A stretch of DNA of 64,000 nt. It comes from Ranitomeya imitator. Taxonomy: Eukaryota. The first letter of the stretch is position 1; each line of letters opens with the position of its first letter. Under the pieces are notes generated by a model. That model saw only the letters and a list, made by a program, of their open reading frames with translations. It ran no database searches and was not told the origin of the DNA. Below, piece after piece: positions 57,476-64,000 of this stretch. The stretch covers positions 117,676,001 through 117,740,000 of the forward strand of contig NC_091283.1 of assembly GCF_032444005.1 (NCBI RefSeq), read 5' to 3'. Made by a program: the position numbers and the translations under genes.

Positions 57476-58729
57476 TTAAGTAACAGAGGTGAAGCATGGG
57501 GCATGTGACAACAGTAATCACTTGTCAGTCAGTAAGTATAGGGAGCTGGTAGGGCACTAGGCTAAGACAGCTCCCTATGGCTCTTAAATCTCAGCCCTGC
57601 ATACTGAGATTGTGAACCCTGTCTTATCCATCTCTTCTCTGATGCAACCATCTCAAAATTGAAGAGCTGGGAAAAATCTCGAAAAAAAACATATGTCTGC
57701 TTGTAGATGTAATAAGAGAGAGTATGCTGCACAGGAAAACACAGTCCACCCATGCTAATACACAGTCCACCCATGACATGACAATGTGTGTCAGGCTTTC
57801 TGAGCTTACTGGGATCTTAGGTTCCTTAAAAGCTGTGTGCTCTGCATTTGTTGGTTGAAAGTAAGCCACTGCTATTATATTTACTTTGTCAAAACCAGAT
57901 GAGATTTCGATTTAATGATCAGTACAATGGTTATGGTCATCATCAGTAATGTAGATAGACAGATAAGTGTCCTTGAATTGTATACATCAAAATGAATCAT
58001 TTGCTCGCAAACGTTCAAAAATGCTGTACAACTGTCCAATGGCAGCGTGAAAAAAAAAAGAAGAAAAATGTGAACACTTAGCAATTTTCTACCTATCTAT
58101 AATAGCTTATAAGAAATAAACCATTGCTATTGAAATCATTTGCCATCTATTCTTGTAGCAGCATATGAGAAATCCACAGTACTTTAACAGCCAGCGGGAA
58201 TGAACTGTTCTGCTGCAGCCTCAAAATGCCTATATCTGATTGGATTTAGGTAAGCTATATATTGTTGCAGGATTTTGTAGATAAGGATTAGTACTGCACA
58301 AATTGTTTTGTGTGAGATTTATATACCTATTGTTACCTTTGTTATAGGTTTTTCATAGACAAAAATATATATATAGTGTAGATTATGCCATTTAACATGA
58401 GAATCAGCAGTGTATTCATTTCCTTCATTTAAATATTTTAAGTCTTCTTAGTATTTGGAAATTCGGAAATCCATAGTGAGTTATTTAAATACCTTTAGTC
58501 TCAGAATAATTTAAGGATTTAACACAACCTTCCATACTTATTTAAATGTCCTGGACATATTATATTGTGTAGCATTGCAACAACATAATAGGTAATTCAT
58601 ACAGAATAATAGCAATCATAAAGTTTATGTCTCAAATAAGTCTTCATGTAACTGAAAACATATGGGTTTATTTATATAGCCGACCTTGGTGTATTTATGT
58701 CAGATCTCGAAAGCACCCTATTATCTTAA

Positions 58730-59670
58730 CCCCTTTCCGAAATCGGGCATAAATGTACGCCGATGTCAGACTCCCTCCCTTAGATGTGGGCTCCGGTACT
58801 GAGCCCATATCTTTCTTGTTACATGTCAGCTGTTTTAAACAGCTGACATGTGCATCTAACATCCGCAGGTGGAATCGTGATCCACCCACAGCTGTTAACT
58901 AGTTAAATGACATTGTCAAACTCTGATAGTGGCATTTAACGCGCACTTCCGGCAAGTGCAGAGGAAATCCCACCCAACAGTGACCCTGTCACGTGATTGC
59001 GGTTCACTGATGGGTTGGCGTGACAATTAGAGGTCTCCAGCAGACCTCTATGGTTGTCAATGCCGGTGGTCGGCGTTCATAGCAAGTCAGCAATTCTGCT
59101 ACATGAAGGCAATCTGATCATCACATGTATGTAGCAGAGCCGATCGGGTTATGTCAGCTTCTATTCTCCCATGGAGACTATTGAAGCATGCCAAAAGTAA
59201 AAAAAGTTTTAAAAAATATTTAAAATTTTTAAAAAATATAAAAGTTCAAATCACCCTCCTTTTGCCCCATTCAAAATAAAACAATAAACAATCAAACATA
59301 CACATATTTGGTATCGCTGCATTCAGAATCGCCCGATCTATCAATATAAAAAAAATTAACCTGATTGCTAAACGGCGTATCAAGACAAACAGTCAAAACA
59401 CCAGAATTACGATTTTTAGTTGCTGCAACATTGCATTAAAATGCCATAACGCCTGATCAAAAGATCTTATCTGCACCAAAATGGTATTACAAATGTCAGC
59501 TCAGCATGCAATAAATAAGCCCTCACCCAACCCGAGACCAAGAAAAATGGAGACGCTATGGATATTGGAAAATGTCGAAATTTTTTTTAACAAACTTTGG
59601 AATTTTTTTTCACCACTTAAATGAAAAAGAATCTATACATGTTTGGTGTCTATGAACTCGTAATCATGAA
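58730..59670. mobile_element. Left part of a related piggyBac-type non-autonomous element
   Basis: TTAA|CCCCTTTCCG start; internal ACACATATTTGGTATCGC shared with copy 1 (similar in copies 2-3); no right end seen. Confidence 0.6.
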
Positions 59671-60354
59671 AAATAGATATTGACGTGCACTCTGAGTTAC
59701 ACTAGTGGAGGTGCCAATTGAGGGGATTGGTGAGATCCCTCATAGATCATATAGATTAAATATCAATTGCACACTCCTTTTGAATGCAAACAAGATTTCT
59801 TTTATTGAAGTTCAAAAAATAAGTACAACCTTTGAATGTCAATGCATTTTGGCCAACGGATGAGCAAGCACCCGGTCTAGGACGTGTGAAATATAAGCTT
59901 TCCACACTCATCAACTTACTCAAGGATATCTCTTGAACAATACCTTCCAGACTTAACAAATCGCACCTCCAAGGAAGAAAAATCCCTGTCTAGAAGAGAA
60001 TACCTACTGAGTGCAACTTTTGTGAAAAAGGCATGGTATAGATGTGTAGATACTGTTGTGCACGTGACAATTATTGGCTGCAATGGTCGGGTCAACTGCT
60101 TACTTCAGGACAAGTGATGTGACAGACTGGTGGTGACCATTAGCATGTTATTATGTATATTTTTTTTATTTTGCAACATTCTTTCCTTTAAGTAAATTTT
60201 TAAGCCAATAAGAATCCTTGCAAAGTTGTATATAGGAGGACAAAGAATGTAAAATTGCAAATACAAGTAGCAATACTGTAATACATTGGCCACACAAGGG
60301 TAAGGGCACTAAGAATACATGAGTCAGCATTCATGTAATAATATGCAGTTTTAA

Positions 60355-60668
60355 AGAGGTTGTCCATGACTTTAACATTGATGGGCTCTCCTTAAGATAG
60401 GACATAGTGTCTGATCGGTGGGAGTGCGACACCCGACACCTCCCGCCTATTCCTGGTGTTGATAGCGGGACTACTCAGTTATGGAGCTGCACAGCTCCGT
60501 CGATGGAATAGTGGCCATGGCCAGGTACTGCACATTTGCAGATTGATTGAGTTCAGACACCAGAAAGAGCTGATCGGCGGGGGTGCTGGGTGTCGCACCC
60601 CCATTGATCAGACATTGATGACTTATCCTAAGGATAGTAAATCAGTTTTAAAGTCCCTGATAAATCCT
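60355..60668. mobile_element. Degenerate palindromic Kolobok/T2-type MITE
   Basis: TTAA|AGAGGTTGTCC...GATAAATCCT|TTAA, with internal inverted repeats (GGAGTGCGACACCCGACACC / GGTGCTGGGTGTCGCACCCC). Confidence 0.65.
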
Positions 60669-61949
60669 TTAAGAATGACAATTTTTTGTCCAGTCCATTT
60701 GTTTAATATTAGCATTATAATTGTATTGTTTTCTCTAATAAATTTTATTACATTGTTGCAAAGTTTTCAAGTTGAAGACCTCTAACTTCCCCCCACAATA
60801 TATACTATACAGGTTTTGTATCAGCTGCTCAATACTGTGATTTTTGTTAAAATAGCACTCACTTTCTAACTTGTGTGCTTTTATTATAGCACCATCATTC
60901 TGATCTGCTCACGTTTTATGCAGGTGCAGTGACAGCAATTAGCACCAAGAGATTACAAATCTTTTTTTTCTGATTTTGCTGTTACTATGACAACTTATAT
61001 TGGCACTTTTGGCAATGCAAAGTCAACAGGTGTGATAAAGGAGAGAAGTTCTCAGCCAAATTCTACTGCTGGCATACATAAATGCCATTTTACTATAAGG
61101 TTATAATTAGCAGAGCAGTATTGGCTGCTTATATAAAGCCATTGTGCACTGGCAGAAGCAGAGTGCTTGCTTTTTTTTCTTAAAAACTTATGCCATGCAA
61201 ACAGATGGTCTGGAAAATCAAGTTAGACTTTTCATTTTCTGCATTCACTAATCAAGTCTAAAAAATGGACAGAAAATAGCTTACAAAATAACATTATCAT
61301 CATAAAAAAGTATAGATATTCAACACTACACTCCTCGGTATGGAAATTGCAACATCAAGAAGGAAAAGTCGTGTAATTGTGAAAATCACAGGGTTGGTAT
61401 AAATGCTGATGAAAGGCAAATGATGAAAAAATAGAAACACAATTTTCAAAATATTTCAGCTTATTCAACTTCAAGTATGAGCGTCACATGTAGAAATACA
61501 TGCAGTTGTATCATTGAGGTTATTAAGGGTTGTCTGGGAAATGTTCTGCACTACTGAACGCATTTGGCACGGAGTGCGACTTTTTACCTTTAAGTAATGC
61601 ATTTCTATTTCCATAAATTAATTATCAGCCTTTATATACTATTGTTTGTAATTTTAACATATAGGTTTTCTTACTTTAGACACTAGACCAACAGTGGACA
61701 CCAAAATAAAAGTAAATCCCTTTATTTTCAATTTTTAATTTTTGTTTTAATTTTGTACTTCTATGCAACAGTATTCTGGATGCTTGTTACTTCCCTTGAG
61801 GAGTTATTCTATCACATTTTACATCTTGTGTGGCACTTGTTTTAGATGTCATCACCCACTATTTTTAATGAAGTTTTTGTTCTGTAAATTCCATATTGCG
61901 AGATTAAAGATTAACTATCGAAATACATATACAGTAATTTCCATGGGTT

Positions 61950-62236
61950 TTCAACTTGAACGTTGTGATTGCGTGACATGGGCTTCCGATGAGCAGGAGA
62001 AATGACGCCCTTCTGGCTGGCACATATTAAATGCTGCTGTCAGTGATTGACAGCGGGATTTAACTGGTTAACAGCTGTGTGAGTAGCACCGATCCACTCA
62101 CGGTTGTTAGAGGCACTTGATAGCTGATTAAATGACCTGTCATGTGTGGGGAAAGACGTGGGCACATTGTGTGAGCCCATATCAAATGCAGGGACACCAC
62201 CTTTGACATAAATATATGTCAAAGTCAGTAAAGGGG
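61950..62236 (-). mobile_element. Terminal fragment of a piggyBac-type non-autonomous element
   Basis: AAAGGGG|TTAA at 62236; its rc resembles the left end at 58730. Confidence 0.55.
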
Positions 62237-62998
62237 TTAAGAAGACTAAGGCTGATAGCATTTGCAGCTGTAGAAAAAACATTGAGTTTGTCACATTTGT
62301 ATGGGCATCATCAAACCTCACTTCTGACACGTCAATAATGACTTCGGCGGTGAGCATGGTGACTGACAGGTTGTTAGCATTGGTAAACCTTATAATGATC
62401 CTGCATAATTGCATTAGGAGAGTTGGTGAAATCCTCTGCTAATCTCAAGAGTAGGCTCAGTATGTGTAAACTGGCCTATTATCTCCTAAAGGGAATACCT
62501 CCGAAATGTCAGATTAATTCCAATTGAGTCACTATGTCGCTTAATAATTAGTCTTTCTTGGGATCTTTCCATAAAGATGCCATTTGGGAAATCGACTGCT
62601 CTGGATAAAGTATGCGGCTACCTTTATAGATAAATAAGGCAAAACATACCAACCTCAGACAAGGAAAATTGAAATTCACTGAAATGATTTCAGTAGCGAA
62701 TGCACATTTTGAGTTTTTTATTTAATTATTTGATTTTAATTATATTTTTCCTTAAGTAACTAAATGTATAATTAAATAAAAATAAAGTGATCAAAAGACA
62801 TTTTGTAAAAGAGTAAACATTTAATATACTGAAGTAAATACCGCTGAGGATCCTAAATTGAATCCCCCAAATTTTCCTAGAACATTTTCTGTTCTTTTTC
62901 CATCAAAGACCTGTGCTGAGCAATTAAAATGACTGTACTAATGCCCTGTACAAATATTTTGTAAGTGCATTAGTTGTCTGTATCTGATTTGTCCTCAG

Positions 62999-63934
62999 TA
63001 GGGTTGAGCAACTTTTCTTTTTATAGGATCGGGTCGGGTTTGACGAAACCCGACTTTTTCAAATGTCGGGTCGAGTGAAATCGGCCGATCCTATAGAAAA
63101 GTCGGGGTCGGGGTCGGCCGAAACACGAAACCCAATGCAGTGCATTGGGTTTCTAATGGTTCCCAGGGTCTGAAGGAGAGGAAACTCTCCTTCAGGCCCT
63201 GGGATCCATATTTAAGTGTAAAATAAAGAATCAAAATAAAAAATATTGATATACTTACCCTCGGACGTGCCCTGATTCTCACCGGCAGCCTTCCTTCCTA
63301 AGAATGAGCGCCTGAAGGACCTTTGATGATGTTGCGGCTTGTGATTGGTCGCGTGAGCGGTCACATGGGCGTCACGCGACCAATCACAAGCCGCGACATC
63401 ATCTAAGGTCCTTCAGGTGCTGATTCTTAGGAAGGAAGGCTGCGGGTTAGAACCAGGGCGCATCTGAGGGTGAGTATATACCTATTAGGAATATACTCAC
63501 CCTCTGACGCGCCCTCGGACGCTTCCTTCCTAAGAATTAGCACCTGAAGGACCTTAGATGACGTCGCGGCTTGTGATTGGTCGCTTGACGCCCATGTGAC
63601 CGCTCACGCGACCAATCACAAGCCGCGACGTCATCGAAGGCCCTTCAGGCGCTCATTCTTAGGAAGGAAGGCTGCTGGTGAGAACCAGGGCGCGTCCGAG
63701 GGTGAGTATATCAATATTTTTTTTTTTTTATTCTTTATTTTACACTTAAATATGAATTCCAATACCGATTCCCGATATCTTAAACATATTGGAACTCAGT
63801 ATCGGAATTCCGATTCCAGATCAGAAGATCGCCGACCTCATGGCCACACAGGGGTCGGGTCCGGTTTCATGAAACTCGACTTTGCCAAAAGTCGGCGACT
63901 TCTGAATCTGGCCGACCCGTTTCGCTCAACCCTA
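62999..63934. mobile_element. hAT MITE (936 bp) with a doubled palindromic core
   Basis: TAGGGTTGAGC...GCTCAACCCTA; TSD GTCCTCAG/TTCTTCAG (6/8); inverted arms 63207-63479 and 63492-63754. Confidence 0.88.
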
Positions 63935-64000
63935 TTCTTCAGCACTCGAATGCCTAAGTGCCAAATTGGTAAGATTGCTTTTTTTAATTATAAGGTAATA

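Noticed and set aside
59865-59915. Hammerhead-like CGGATGAG...GAAATATA
   Set aside because: The core has a U4 substitution, and stems I and III cannot be formed convincingly.

Overview
Eukaryotic, transposon-dense DNA with no recognisable host protein-coding exon, rRNA, tRNA or CRISPR array. The repeat content (Tc1, hAT, piggyBac, TTAA Kolobok/T2-type MITEs, CR1, L2, L1, chromoviral Gypsy, Penelope) suggests a vertebrate, most likely a frog; this is inference. Three elements have uninterrupted ORFs: (i) an Ac-type hAT with a 1102-aa transposase (1909-5217, -), inserted into the last codons of a Tc1; (ii) a full-length chromodomain Gypsy (35300-40987, -) with near-identical 748-bp LTRs, a single gag-pol ORF and a Tf1-like self-priming signature; (iii) a 2511-bp piggyBac (51156-53666, -) with perfect 17-bp TIRs and a splice acceptor just before its ORF. 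An L1 (11826-25780) bounded by a 15-bp TSD carries six direct insertions (one hosting a further L2) and appears to lack ORF1. A family of large TTAA-flanked non-autonomous piggyBac-type elements (four near-complete copies) carries a telomere-like (T/C)TAGGG tract. Both assembly gaps in the window fall on that tract. Other items are modular hAT MITEs, a candidate Penelope hammerhead ribozyme, and one non-repeat-looking stretch (33480-34080) with enhancer-like features. All coordinates were read by eye; no alignments or database searches were run, and family names rest on recalled protein motifs and terminus/TSD signatures.
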